Program-made: the position numbers and the translations under genes | Assembly: GCA_963514005.1 (NCBI GenBank) | Contig: OY740810.1 | Location: 21,638,001 to 21,702,000, forward strand | Origin: Raja brachyura | Lineage: Eukaryota | Direction: 5' to 3' | DNA: 64,000 bases | Part shown: in pieces, positions 11,411-24,372 of the stretch | How the letters are laid out: each line of letters opens with the position of its first letter | How positions within the stretch are numbered: the stretch's first letter is position 1 | Notes under the pieces: generated by a model | Seen by the model: the letters and a program-made list of their open reading frames with translations, nothing else | Database searches by the model: none | Told to the model about the DNA's origin: nothing

Positions 11411-12649
11411 AAATCAGCACCACTGGACAAATAAATGAAACTATAAGATGTTTGAAACACTCAGGTCAAGCATCATCTTAGGAGAGACAAACACTGTCAA
11501 TGCTTTGTGGAATGTTTATAAAGACATCCATCTACCTGCATTTTATTTAAGGTTAATGACCATTCATCAGAACTACTGACTTGAAACATTAACTTGATTT
11601 CCCTGTCCACTGATACTGCCTGGCCTGTGTATTTCTAGTATTTCTGCTGGATATGCAATATTATTAACGTCAGTTTGCCCTACTGTGTTTGAAGTACCCT
11701 AAGTTGGGTTGTCAGTCAATCCATTCATGGTATGTGTTTGGCTTGGAACTTGCAGAGATAATTAGTATCCCTTCACGCTTGGGTTGTCTTAATAGTATAA
11801 CATTAATTTGCAAATTGCAATTTAACTACATATTATTAATTGAATCCCAGCAATGAAAATGATAAATATCTTTGGCCTTGTTGCTTGCTCAGCAGGCAAC
11901 AACCATCAAAGTGTCTCTGTGCCAACCATGATAAACCTATTTATTTTACATTTTGATCTTTTTCGTGCAAGTTCCTCTTTATTTACAAATGCTCACAACA
12001 TTAAAGTTTTCGTTATCTTCCAAGCATTTTAAAAGCTCTGCTACATTAGGAATGCCAAATCTATGATATGAAATATGATGTCTAGAAACCTCTGTGTTGC
12101 TATTCCTGGTTTATAATGGCACATGCCTACATATATAACCTCTTAATATAGCTCCCTCATCAAAGCTGTAAGTAGGGATCTTGACTTGAAATGTTACCCT
12201 TTCTTTCCCCTTTTACATACGCTACCTGACCTGCTGGGTACTCTCAGTTTTTATGCAACATTTAAAATGTTAAAGTTTAACACTGATCCTTGGAGCCCAT
12301 TATTATATTTAGATAATCAAACCACCTCTAAAGATTAAGGTTATCATCCATTCCCATCCACACCCATTCAGGGTCTTTTAGTTTAAGGTTTGTAACACTC
12401 CATGCAGCCCAGCCTAATAATGTTAGGAGGTTAAAATCAAAATATAATGTCCCTATTCCTCAATTCCCATGGCCATTAATCCCGCTTTGATGTAGATTAG
12501 CTAAATGTGTACTGGATCTCAATGTAATGATTTAAAAATAATTATATTGACAGGTTCCTGAATAAAGCAAATGAAAATCAAACACTGCTGATACCAGAAT
12601 TCTGAAATGTAAATGACAAGGAGACTTCCAGTTTTAAGAAGCTCATGGT

Positions 12650-12673
12650 GGGGGGGGGGGGGGGGGGGGGGGG
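12650..12673 (+). repeat. Poly-G run (24 nt)
   Basis: Direct reading. Confidence 0.95.
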
Positions 12674-12825
12674 TATTAAAGAGTAATGTGATGTCATTTT
12701 GGTGGTTGCGCTGTTGCTTAAATTAGGAAGATTGGGAAAAATAATGAGTTCTCTTGAATTGACTGCAGCATTTTCTCCCCGTTCCTTGCCATTTCAGGGG
12801 GTGTGTGAATTCAGTGAAGTGAAGT

Positions 12826-13113
12826 CTAGTTTAGCGATACAGCACGGAAACAAGCCCTTTGGTCCGCTGAGTCTGCGCCGATCAGCGATCCCCGCACACA
12901 CTAGGGACAATTTACAATGATACCCAGCCAATTAACCCACAAACCAGTACATCTTTGGAGTGTGGGAGAGAAACGGAGATCCCGGAGCCAACCCAAGCGA
13001 TCACAGGGAAAACATACAAGCTCCTCCGTACAGACAGTACCCGTAGTCAGGATCGAACCTGGGTCTCTGGCGCTGTAAAGCAGCAACTCTACCGCTTAGC
13101 CACCGTGCTGTCC
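12826..13113 (-). mobile_element. HE1-like V-SINE
   Basis: Reverse complement of the 4365-4683 family (GGATCGAACC B-box, CAACTCTACCGC, TTTAG tail). Confidence 0.85.
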
Positions 13114-13822
13114 AGTTGTTTCCATGGGTGCCATATGTCTGGTTTGAATGAATTGATTTTGATGGACCTGCATTATAGGTTCAAACATACTGTCATCCGT
13201 ATTTAGTTAGAATGCCCTGCATCAGTTTGGGATATTTGTCTTTGTTAAAGGCTCTACTTATTATTGTTCTTACGCCCTGAATCAGTTACGACCAAAAGAA
13301 AGCTCTCTGCCAGCGCAGTGTTGGTATTTGTGTCGTGTGCAATGCCAAACACGTATTCAAATAATAAAATCAGGAAAGTTTTCATACAAAAAAAGAGAAA
13401 ATTGGATTAGTGCTGGTGGACCGCAGTTAATGGAAACGTCTACAGGCATTACGGAATCATGCCTTGTGTCGATACGAAAGAAACATGGATCACCATGGAA
13501 ACCTACATACTGAGTTGTATCAAAGACAATGGGCAAGGACAGTGTCAATCAATTGCTGAGCTGTATTGTAAGTAGCCTGTCAGTGATGTGGAAACTACAG
13601 CTTAACAATAATTGCAAATAGACCTCTGGAATGGATGGCATACAATGACCTAAATAACATCATTTCAATCAAGGAAGGCACACAGACAGCCACACCTTTC
13701 TACTTTGCGGCTGCAAACTTAATTTCCTGGGCTTAGTATAGCTAATGCTTTCCTCTTAATAATAATACGCCTTTGAAGTGAGAAGATATTGTTCCTCTAA
13801 AGTAATTGCAAGAATTGGATTA

Positions 13823-14470
13823 NNNNNNNNNNNNNNNNNNNNNNNNNNNNNNNNNNNNNNNNNNNNNNNNNNNNNNNNNNNNNNNNNNNNNNNNNNNNNN
13901 NNNNNNNNNNNNNNNNNNNNNNNNNNNNNNNNNNNNNNNNNNNNNNNNNNNNNNNNNNNNNNNNNNNNNNNNNNNNNNNNNNNNNNNNNNNNNNNNNNNN
14001 NNNNNNNNNNNNNNNNNNNNNNNNNNNNNNNNNNNNNNNNNNNNNNNNNNNNNNNNNNNNNNNNNNNNNNNNNNNNNNNNNNNNNNNNNNNNNNNNNNNN
14101 NNNNNNNNNNNNNNNNNNNNNNNNNNNNNNNNNNNNNNNNNNNNNNNNNNNNNNNNNNNNNNNNNNNNNNNNNNNNNNNNNNNNNNNNNNNNNNNNNNNN
14201 NNNNNNNNNNNNNNNNNNNNNNNNNNNNNNNNNNNNNNNNNNNNNNNNNNNNNNNNNNNNNNNNNNNNNNNNNNNNNNNNNNNNNNNNNNNNNNNNNNNN
14301 NNNNNNNNNNNNNNNNNNNNNNNNNNNNNNNNNNNNNNNNNNNNNNNNNNNNNNNNNNNNNNNNNNNNNNNNNNNNNNNNNNNNNNNNNNNNNNNNNNNN
14401 NNNNNNNNNNNNNNNNNNNNNNNNNNNNNNNNNNNNNNNNNNNNNNNNNNNNNNNNNNNNNNNNNNNNNN
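13823..14470. other. Assembly gap (648 N)
   Basis: Run of N. Confidence 1.
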
Positions 14471-15010
14471 TTTAACAGGTATTACTGGCCTATTTTTATA
14501 AACCCATGATTTATGGGTAAAGCTTCAAATTAATAGAAATAAGCTGATAAATGGAATATAAAATATTTTAACAAAAAGGTACCTGTCCATATTAAATAAA
14601 GAACAATATATATCGCAGCTTTTGTTCCTAGAGGCTTAACTGCTTTTAATTTGTCATGTTTACCCTTCAAAGATTCATTCTGCTAATTTAACCTTAACTT
14701 GGTGGAACTGATATATGTCTAGGAACTTTAAACACATGGATAAAGAAAACGATTCAATACTCTAATTTTGATGCCTATTGGTCATGCGCTAGATCACACA
14801 ACATCTTCAGACTGAAGATTATCCCTGCAAAAGAACATGAGTCTTCAATGACTAAGGCCTTTGTCTCCATTTACTTCATCAGAAATCTATTCTGAATGCT
14901 CTCTTTCATAAGGGTGACACAGTAGCATTGCGGTATAACTGCCCTGGGGACCCAGGTCTTATCTGACTACTGGTGCTTTGTATGCGTGGACCTTGAATGT
15001 TGTCCCCATG

Positions 15011-15340
15011 TTTAGTTCAGTTCAGTTCAGTTCAATGTAGTTTAGAGATACAGTGCGGCATCAGGCCCTTTGGCCCACTGAGTCCATGCTGACCAGCGGT
15101 CCCCGCATACCAGCTCTATCCTACACACCAGGGGAAATTTACGATTTTTGTCAAAGTCGATTAAGCTACAAAATCTGTACAACTTTGGAGTGTGGGAGGA
15201 AACCGGAGCACCTGGGGAAAAACTCACATGGTCATGGGGAGAACGCACAACCTCCATAGAGACAGCCCCCCCCCCCGGTCAGGATTGAACCTGATCTCTG
15301 GCGCTGTAAGGTAGCAACTCGACCGCCGTGCCACCATGCC
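15011..15340 (-). mobile_element. HE1-like V-SINE nested in an older plus-strand V-SINE (~14912-15450)
   Basis: (GTTCA)n tail at the left end and tRNA head at the right end. The host SINE reads continuously across it (GTTGTCCCCATG ... CCCACGTGGCTTTCC). Confidence 0.8.
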
Positions 15341-16446
15341 CACGTGGCTTTCCTGTAGTGCTCTGGTTTCCTTCCACACCCCAAAGATGTGCAGTGCTTG
15401 GAGGTTAATTGGCTGTGGTAAAATGTCTCCAATGTGTTGGGTGGGTGGTTGAATCTGGAGCAGTAGGGAAGTTAAGGCTAAAGTGGAGATAATGAGAATG
15501 GTATTACCTTGCGAGCAGACATAAACTCAAGAATAACATTAAAAAGGAGTGGGGTTGAACCACCTGTCCCATTAATCTAGCCACACCGTTCAATACCGAT
15601 GGGAGACCCATCCTTTGTTCTTGATCTCCATAACCCTCCATAACCTGATGACCTGAAAAATCCATGACACTTCCATGTTATAAAGAAATATGGCAAAAGC
15701 ATTAGAGTTGGTGAGCACCCATTCATACTTCCTCAACGTCCTCCTCTGGCAGCTTGTTCCATACAACCACCACCACTTTTATGGCATCTTCCACTTTCAA
15801 TGCGTGTGGCAAATTTTGTTTTTAAAATAGTTGTTTTTATGAATGAGGCAACAGTGGTAGCTAGATTTCAAGCAACTCGGCAGGAAATAAACTTATGTTC
15901 TCTGAGGGATAAATGTTGACTGACAAATGTATTGCCATGGACTTTTGCCAATGAAATGCCACATGAATCTGGAACGCTAATCAAATAGACATGTAAAATG
16001 GAGCAAAGATAAACCAAGAAAAAAGGAAGTAGCATTTGCCCTCAAATTGCATTAGTCAGCACCAATTATCTACAAGGTATTAGTGAAAATCGGGTACTTA
16101 TGGCATGAAATATCTGGTGAATAAATTTAATTAAAGGATCTAAGGATCTAAGGGACTCTGATTGGTCAAACGAAGGAGAACCCAGGCATGCAGAGTGACT
16201 ATCAATGATGTGCAACGTGGCTAACTTTAATGTTCAGTCATATATACAGCCGCAAACTTTCCATTTTGGTTTGGTGCAACTTAAATTTTAATTCCTTAAT
16301 CTGGTATGTCCTATCATTGGGAAATCCAGTCCAAGTGAGTTTCATTGAACTAATTTACTTATTTGGCCTTTCATTAGACTTTTGCCCATAACTCAACTCT
16401 CAAAATGTATTTAGGAAAATTTATTTAGATGCTGATTGATACCATA

Positions 16447-16602
16447 GATAGACACAAAATGCTGGAGAAATCGACAGGGACAGGCAGCATCTCTGGATAG
16501 AAGGAATGGGTCTTGAATAAGGGTCTCGACCCTAAACGTCACGTATTCCTTCTATCCAGAGATGCTGCCTGTTCCGCTGAGTTACTCCAGCATTTTGTGT
16601 CC
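16447..16602. mobile_element. Fold-back Penelope-derived terminal-repeat insertion
   Basis: Inverted arms of ~60 bp (GACACAAAATGCTGGAG...GAAGGAAT / ATTCCTTC...CTCCAGCATTTTGTGTC) around a decayed hammerhead motif. Confidence 0.8.
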
Positions 16603-17444
16603 CTCTCAAAATTTGTTAGTGACTTGATGAAATCAGACATCCCCCTCGACCTTGGTTCCTGACCAAGAGTTCCACACTAGTACTAGGCACAAATGGCAAT
16701 TGCATCTCCTGACTTGACTAACTCCCTCCACTGAACCCCAGCAGCCAAACCTCTAACCCTAGGAGCCCAACCCCCTCACATCCCCACTAGCTACAAGCCT
16801 GATCCTCTCCTTCCCCTTCCTGGGTTTTGGCCTGGTGCTGCTGTGGACTCAACCCAAATTCCTTTAGGCGCTGCAAGTCTGATTCAGTATAGAGCTCCCT
16901 GCCAGAAGACTCTTAACCAAATATGTATTGGCTTCCAGTGACTGATCAGTGCACATTTTGAGCTGGAAAACCAAGACCGAGGACCAGGCACTTGCAATAA
17001 ATAGCAGACATTAAAAAAATAAATCTGTAAGTAAGTTAAAATTGAATTTGCAAACATTTGGGCAATTTGGAACTTCATATAAGAATTTCTGCCAGGATAG
17101 AAAATCTTTCCAATTGAATTTTTACTTTAATCTGACATTTTGAGTGTCAAAGTTTTACCTTAGGGTCTGGATTCTAAACCTTTATTTGGGTCTAAAAATA
17201 CAATTTCTTAACTTCACTACATAATGTAATAAAAAATACTGCCTTATCACAGGACGCAGAGCCTCTGGGTTGATTAATAGGTTGCATTGTTAGGTTAGTA
17301 TTGACATCGCTAATACTGGATTTTTTTTTTCCAGAATAATTCAGTGTGGACTAAGCCTCAAAGCTTTCTCCTCTAAACATAGAGTTCCATTAATGGGAAT
17401 TAATAAAATCGGTTATATTGCATCCATAGAACGTTGAATGGAGG

Positions 17445-17850
17445 ACATAGAACAGCACAGCACAGGAAAGGGCCCTTCAGCTCACAATGGTTTTGCGGAA
17501 CGTAATGCCTAGTTAAACTGGTCTCATCTGCCTGCACATGATCCATATCCCTCTATTCTCTACACAGCCACGTGCCTATATAAAAGTATCTTGAACATCA
17601 TTCACACCTTTCTCCTCCACCACCCATGGCAATGGGTTCCAGGCCCCCAGCACTTTCTGTGTAAAAAAACGTGCCCTGTACCTCTCCATTAAACTTTCCC
17701 CCTCTCACCTCATAGCTATGCCCTGAAAATGGTTCTGACTGTCTACCCTATCTATGCCTCTCATAATTTTATGTACTTTTATCAAGTTGCCCCTCAACCT
17801 CCGACATTCCAGAAAAAACAATCCAAGTCCATCCAACCTCTCCTTGTAGC
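17445..17850 (-). mobile_element. CR1/HER1-like LINE 3' fragment
   Basis: Translation SYKERLDGLGLFFLECRRLRGNLIKVHKIMRGIDRV matches the CR1 ORF2 C-terminal motif, followed by the 3' UTR. Confidence 0.85.
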
Positions 17851-18514
17851 TGGAATCCTCAATGGAATCCTCAAACCCTCTCATCATAAAGTTAAAACCC
17901 CCTAAGTTAAGTTCAAGATTTGTCTTTGAATTAAGGCAAAGTTAGGAAATCTACAGGGCACTGGTCATTAAGAGGATTTAAAATAGGTGGGGGAATTCTA
18001 TTTATAGCTGTTTATCTTCATGAATATGGTAATCCTTATTTGGGATTTCTGTGGAAAAAATTGAAATTGTCTCCTCAGTGCGGAATAGTGGCATTTTTCC
18101 ATGTTAGTGCATCGTACCTATGTGGTGTGTATAAGCAAGACGTGTATTAGGGCATCTCTTGTGATTCATTTACTCGAGGATCTAAAGAGAGACCTTCTGC
18201 ATTGTCAAACGACTAGACAATCATTACAATTAATAGAGTGTAATGGAATATCTTATACTGTGTGGGTTTTGACTGTTGTCAGCTGACTAGTTGTTTTTTT
18301 TAATTGCTTTTTAATGGTTCAATGGTGATTTATTGTCACATTTACCTAAGTACAGTGAAATTCAATTTTGCATACAGTTAAGCAATAATATTCCTATACA
18401 ATAGGCACTATCATACTCAAGTACAAGAGTGTAAGAATAGTAGATTACACTGAGGTAGTACACACTTCTCCGCTTCCCCGACGCCATTTTGTACCATACA
18501 AGAATAAAGTTAGA

Positions 18515-18830
18515 GTTATAGAGTCAGGAGTGATACAGTGCGGAAACAGGCCCTTTGGCCCAACTTGCCCGCACTGGCCAACATATCCCAGCTACACTAG
18601 TCCCATATGCCAGCATTTGATCCATATCCCTCCAAACCTGTCTTATCCATGTACCTGTCTGTTTCTTAAGTGTTGGAATAGTCCCCGTCTCAACTACCTC
18701 ATCTGGCAGCTTGTTCCATACACCCACCACCCTTTATGCAAAAGAGTTACCCCTCAGATTCCTATTAAATTGTTTCACCTTCACCTTAAACCTATGTCCT
18801 CTGGTCCTCGATTTACCTCCTCTGGGCAAG
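18515..18830 (-). mobile_element. CR1/HER1-like LINE 3' fragment
   Basis: Translation RVVGVWNKLPDEVVE and the tail GGGCCAAAGGGCCTGTTTCCGCACTGTAT shared with the HE1 SINEs. Confidence 0.85.
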
Positions 18831-19493
18831 AGCAGTAGCTCTACCATTATGCCACCGTGCTGCCGTGACTTTGCCGAAGGGCAGGGTGCTCAGCTGTTTC
18901 TTCATTTCACGCGCAAGGACTAGTGGCTGAAGTCTGGCTTCAGTGGTGATCTCAGGAGAAAGGAAAATTGATTCTTTACGGGCTACATCTGATTGAATAT
19001 AGTGGCGAAAGGGAAGAATTGGCTTCTGAACTCACATGGTGGGTCTCACCATCACTATGGATGGGGATTTTTTTAAGCCAATTAGTCATCCACCACACTT
19101 GACCTGTGTCAGGACTTCAGAGCCTTGATATGGTCTGCTGCCATTGAATCAATTTGCTATGTCTATTGCATGCTGCTTTCATTGTTTAACACACATGCAG
19201 TCCTGTGACTCCCCCTCCCATTCCCATGCTGCCCTTTCTGTCCTGGGCTTCCTCTGCTGTCAGAGTGAGGCCCAGTGTAAATTGGTGGAACAGCACCTCA
19301 TATTTCACTTGGGAAGCTTACACCCCAACTATATGAATATTGACTTCTCTAACTTCAAGCAACCCTTGCATTCCCTCTCACTCCATCCCTCCTCCTTCCT
19401 AGTTCTTCGACCAGTCTGACGGTCCCCCGATTAAATTTCATCTCTGTATGCTTCGTTGTCACCTTCTCCAGGCTAACAATGACCTATTTTACA

Positions 19494-20041
19494 CTGGCAT
19501 CAGCCAATCTTCCCTGTCCCGCCTGCAACTGGTTCAAAACGCCGCAGCGAGACTCCTGAAAAAGGGACCATATCACCCCGATCCTGGCCTCTCTCCACTG
19601 GCTCCCTGTGGGGTTACGAATAGATTTCACGACACTCCTCTTTGTCTACAAAGCCCTCAATGGGCTTGCACCCACCTACATTAAAAGTCTTCTCACCCAC
19701 TACACCATCTCCAGGTCCCTCAGATCGGCCGACTTGGGGTTGCTGAATGTCCCGCAGTCTAGGCATAAGCTCAGGGGCGACCGCGCCTTTGCGGTCGCAG
19801 CTCCTAGACTGTGGAACAGCATCCCCCTCCCCATTAGAACTGCCCCCTCCATCGACTCCTTTAAGTCTAGTCTAAAAACGTATCTGTTCTCCCAAGCCTT
19901 TCCTGAGACATCCTCTGAGTGACGGCTATTTGTATATATGTATGTAGCCTGCTTGTGTATACTACTCTTATAACAAATGTAAAGCACTTTGGTCAACGAG
20001 AGTTGTTTTCTAAATGTGCTATATAAATAAATGTGACTTGA
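19494..20041 (+). mobile_element. L2-clade LINE 3' fragment
   Basis: QLVQNAAARLL, LHWLPV, YKALNGLAP, GDRAFAVAAPRLWNS; tail ATAAATAAA(TGACT)n; flanking CTATT(T/C)TACA duplication. Confidence 0.9.
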
Positions 20042-20127
20042 CTATTCTACATTTCCTTGATCTCCATCCCCTTTGATGCCCCTTACACTTCCCTATCTCT
20101 GTGTCTCCCTCTTCCCTGCTTCTCAGT

Positions 20128-20155
20128 CTGAAGAAGGGACTCAACCCGAAACGTC
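20128..20155 (+). ncRNA. Minimal hammerhead ribozyme core (Penelope-associated)
   Basis: CTGAAGA-A-GGG actcaa CCC-GAAA-CG-TC. Confidence 0.55.
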
Positions 20156-20919
20156 ACCCATTCCTTCTCTCCGGAGATGCTGCCTGTCCCGCTCAGTTAC
20201 TCCAGCATTTAGTGTCTATCGCCGGTGTAAACCAGCATCTGCAGTTCCATCCTACACATGCAGTCCTGTGCGGCAGCTTGCTGGATTGGCAGCTCACGTT
20301 GAGGAAGACCTGCCCCAACTGCTCCCAACCTGCCCCACTGCACTCCTGGATAATTGCTGACATAACCTTTTTTTCCCGGCTTAAGGGATTAACCAGGTGT
20401 ACCTGGACTTTGGCTGTGGGACTCGGCTATTGATCAAATTCCATGAATCAATTTAAATGATTGAATGAATCAGTGTTCAAACTGATAATGCTTTAGTTGC
20501 ATGAAACAAAGCTTTCCTCTCCTCATGAAGTCTGTTATTTGGTGGAATATTCACATGTCAGTCTCCTATTGATCAATTTCAATGAACGAATAAGTGGCAA
20601 AATTGATGGCACAATTTAACGTGCATTCGATTAGATAGAGCATTTCACAGCTTGTTAAATGCGTTCTTCTGAAAAGTGTCCCCTCCTGACAGCGCAGCCG
20701 GTCACAATGTATGCTCACAGAAAAAGGTTAGGTCAACCAGTTACTGTTTATTGAATTGACTTCATAAACAATACTTCCATCAATATAATACTTGACTTCT
20801 GAGATTATGCTCAAATTACTGAATATGAAATAACACACATCAGGCACTGTTAGAACTTTATAGAATACAGAGGAAATAAAAAAGATCAGTAGCTTATCGT
20901 ATTTTCCAGACCTTTTAAA

Positions 20920-21274
20920 TTTAGGTTGGAGATACAGTGTGGAACAGGCCCTTCAGCCCACCGATTCCGCATCGACCAGCACATTAACACTACCCTACGC
21001 ACACTAGGGACAATTTTATATTTATACCAAGCCAATTAACTTTCAAACTTGTACGTCTTTGGAGTGTGTGTGGAATCCGGAGCCCCCGGAGAAAACCCAC
21101 ACATGTCACAGGGAGAACGTACAAACTCCGTACAGTCAACAAGACTGTCACAATTGACTGCACTATATTTCAGGGTAGCTCCTAATACCAGACAAGCCCC
21201 TGTGGTCAGGATCGAACCCGGGCCTCTAGCGCTGTAAGGCAGTAGATCTATCGCTACGCCTTACCGTGCCACCC
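20920..21274 (-). mobile_element. HE1-like V-SINE with a ~55-bp internal insertion
   Basis: Family motifs on the minus strand with extra sequence at ~21135-21190. Confidence 0.8.
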
Positions 21275-21354
21275 GGTAACACAACCTACTTCGAAACATA
21301 GTGCAGTCAATTGTGTCCATCATGAAGTACACAGTAAGATCAGACAAAAACTGT

Positions 21355-21840
21355 TACATAGAACATGGAACACAGAACAAAGAACAATACAACACAGGAA
21401 CTGGTCCTTTGGCCCACTATGCCTGTGGCGAACATGACACCAGGCCAAAATCTTATTTGCCTGCACATGATCAATATCTCTCCATTCCCTGCATAGCTGT
21501 GTACCTATCCAAAAGTCTCTTAAAATGCCACTATCGTATCAGCCTCCACCACCCGCCCATGTCAGCACGTTCCTGTCTCCTATCACTTTCCGTGTAAGAA
21601 AACCTGCACAGCACATCTCCTTTCAACTTTGCCCCTCTCATCTTACAGCTATGGCCTCTAGTATTTGATATTTCCATCCTGGGATAAAATGGTTTCTGAT
21701 TGTCTACCTATCTATGCCTCGTATAATCTTTTAAAAACTTTTATTTAGTCTCTCCTTAATTTCTGGCATCCCAGAGAAAGCCATTCAAGTCTGTAAAATC
21801 TCTCCTAGTAGTTAATACCCTCTAATCCATGCATCATGTT
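21355..21840 (-). mobile_element. CR1-like LINE 3' fragment
   Basis: Close to 17445-17850 (TGTCTACCTATCTATGCCTC, CCTGCACATGATC). Confidence 0.8.
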
Positions 21841-23704
21841 GGCACGGAAATGTTGGCACTAAAAGCAAAATGTTAGCTGGGGTACTGTGTATCCATCCAC
21901 AGGAAGGACAAATACATGGCAAGGATAATTCAGGGAGCAGGGAGTTACAGGCCAGGCAGCCTTGATTAATTATAATGAAAAATGGTGTGCGCTGTGCTGT
22001 ATTTCTCTATAATACTAAGAAATAGATCTGGATAAATGGGTCATTTTTAAGAGGCCCAATTATTAAAGTAATGATAAAAGAGCACTTTGAAATGCAAGCA
22101 ATGATGAGGGAGATTCAACATGTTAAATAATTTCATTAGAGTTCTTTGAAGATGTAACCAGCAAAATGCAAAAAGGGGCAGCTAGTGGAATGGTGGGAGC
22201 AGATTTTCAGAAAGCATCCCACAAGGTACCACATAAACATTTGATCCACTAAAATAATGTCCCATAGAATTAAGGGCAACATATTAGCCTGGGATTGAAC
22301 CATTAAGTCAGAAAATGTGCAGCACAGTGGCACAATTAGTATAGCAACTCCCTCACATCTCCACTGACCAGGATTCAATTCTGATCTCGATGTGTGGACC
22401 TCGCATGTTCTCCCTTGATGCCATGGGCTTCTCCCAGGTGCTCTGATTTACTCCTACATTCCAAAAATATGTTCAGGTTCATAAATTAGGCCATTCGACC
22501 CATCAAGTCTATTCCGTCATTCAATCCATCTTTCCCTTTCAATCCCATTCTCCTGCCTTCTCCCCATAACCCCCGACGTCAGTGCTAATCAAGAATGTGG
22601 CCCGTTTAAGTTAAGTGGTCACCTATGAGCAGGTGAGTGATGGGATCTGGGATGCAAGATGGGGAGAAAGTGTTTTTCTGTCCAATTTCCCTTTAACTGT
22701 GCTGGTGCAAGATGATTCCGTCCCTGGCACCTGCCAAGGGCCCATACACATTTATAAAGAATGGCAACAAAGAATGACCATGCATTAAAAATAAGTGATT
22801 GCATTTAAAAGCTACATAATGGGCTGCAATGTAATTAGATCATTCAAGTGCCTCTCCATAAAACCCTGAGCCACTCTGACCCATACATTAAAATGTTGAC
22901 AAGAGTGGCTTTATAGACATACAAATGAGGCTTTTTATTTAATGAGCATCCAACATATTAAAATAATGTTGCTCTATTATCCAGGAAAGGTTGTGGGAGG
23001 ATCTCTTTGTAGTTTAAAGTAGGGGCATCCTAATGATTATTTCATCAAGAGGGCTGTAAAATAAAATACTTCCATTTATTTAGCCAGGGAACAGGAGAAG
23101 AATAGCTTTCAAAGTCTATTTGTTTAAATCATTCCCTGATTTGTACTGCAAGTCCATTCACCCATTTTTGTAATCCTTCACTGTATCTTTATCCATAAAC
23201 TAGCAATTCCCCTCAGTCTTGTAGATTTTGAATGATCCTACAACCACAACCTACTGGAGGAAAGGATAGCTCCACATGAAAAGAGTGTTTTAAACGTACA
23301 AATTAGGAGCGGAAATAGGCCATTGGATTATTCAGTCCTGTACCAGGATTATTTTTCTGTTAAAAGCCCTAGTCTTATGTTCAGGTCATGGCTACTTGTT
23401 TTACATTCCTCGTCCAGAGGAAATGTTTGGAAGTTGAACTGATTAGCATCTGTTTTTCTGCACAAACCATACAAAAATCTATACCAGCCAGAATAGGTTC
23501 TACTAATCATTGCCTGATGCAGTCACAGCCCTTGAAAAACATGAATAGCGAATTCCTCTGCACTGTTAATATTAGTGAGTTGAATACATCTCCATTGTCA
23601 GATGCACAGCAAATAATTTGCAAAAAACGTATTTCTATTCTTATTGACGTAAATTGGATCTGAAAGATGCAGCTTGCATCTGTTGTAGAATCATCCCACT
23701 TGTG

Positions 23705-24372
23705 TTTTGTTTATTGTCACATGTACTGAGGTAGAGTGAAAGGCTTTTGTTGCATGCTGACAGTCAATGGAAAGACAATACATGATTATAATCGAGCCAT
23801 CCACTGTGTACAGTTACATGATAAAGGGAATAACGTCTAGTGCAAAATAAAGTCCAGCAAAGTCTGATCAAAGATGGTCCGAGGGTCTCCGAAGAGGTAG
23901 ATAGTAGCTCAGGACTGCTCTCTAGTTATTGGTAGGATGGTTCAGTTGCCTGATAACAGCTAGGAAGAAAATGTCTCTAAATCTGGATGTGTGTGCTTTC
24001 AGACTTCTATACAATTTGGCTGGTGGGAGTGGAGAGAAGAGGAAGAGAGGAAGAGAGGAAGAGAGGAAGAAGCCACGGTGCGACTCGTCCTTGATTAGGG
24101 AGGAGAGCAGTTAGAGAGGAGGTTTGTGAAACTGTCTTTGTAGGGAGGTCTGAAGAAGGGTTTCGGCCCGAAACGTCGCCTATCTCCTTCGCTCCTTAGA
24201 TGCTGCTGCACCCGCTGAGTTTCTCCAGCCTTGTGTGTACCCTCATCCTTGATTAGGCTCCTGGCCTTGCCGAGGCAGGGTGAGGTGTAAATGGATGGGA
24301 GGTTGGTTTGTGTGATGGTCAGGGCTGCGTCCACAATTATCTGTCATTTCTTGCTGTTTTGGATGGAGCTGT
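23705..24372 (-). mobile_element. Rex1/Babar-like LINE 3' region, interrupted by a TSD-flanked Penelope-derived insertion (24100-24241)
   Basis: Translation DAALTITQTNLPSIYTSPCLGKARSLIKD. The insertion is flanked by CTC(G/A)TCCTTGATTAGG at 24084-24099 and 24242-24257. Confidence 0.75.
24150..24177 (+). ncRNA. Minimal hammerhead ribozyme core (Penelope-associated)
   Basis: CTGAAGA-A-GGGT ttcg GCCC-GAAA-CG-TC with a UUCG tetraloop; flanks AGGT/GCCT can form helix I. Confidence 0.65.

Larger units (their letters stand above)
19205..20260 (+). mobile_element. Penelope-like element 3' part (end of the GIY-YIG ORF plus terminal repeat), split by an L2
   Basis: LSVLGFLCCQSEAQCKLVEQHLIFHLGSLHPNYMNIDFSNFK is a typical PLE endonuclease C-terminus. 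The element resumes at 20042 and ends in the hammerhead-bearing repeat. Confidence 0.8.

Noticed and set aside
12650-12673. Poly-G and G-rich runs (also 30043-30085) as functional G-quadruplexes
   Set aside because: Simple homopolymer expansions of unreliable length with no functional context.
13778-14509. Long ORFs of 243 and 231 aa
   Set aside because: Artefacts of the N gap.
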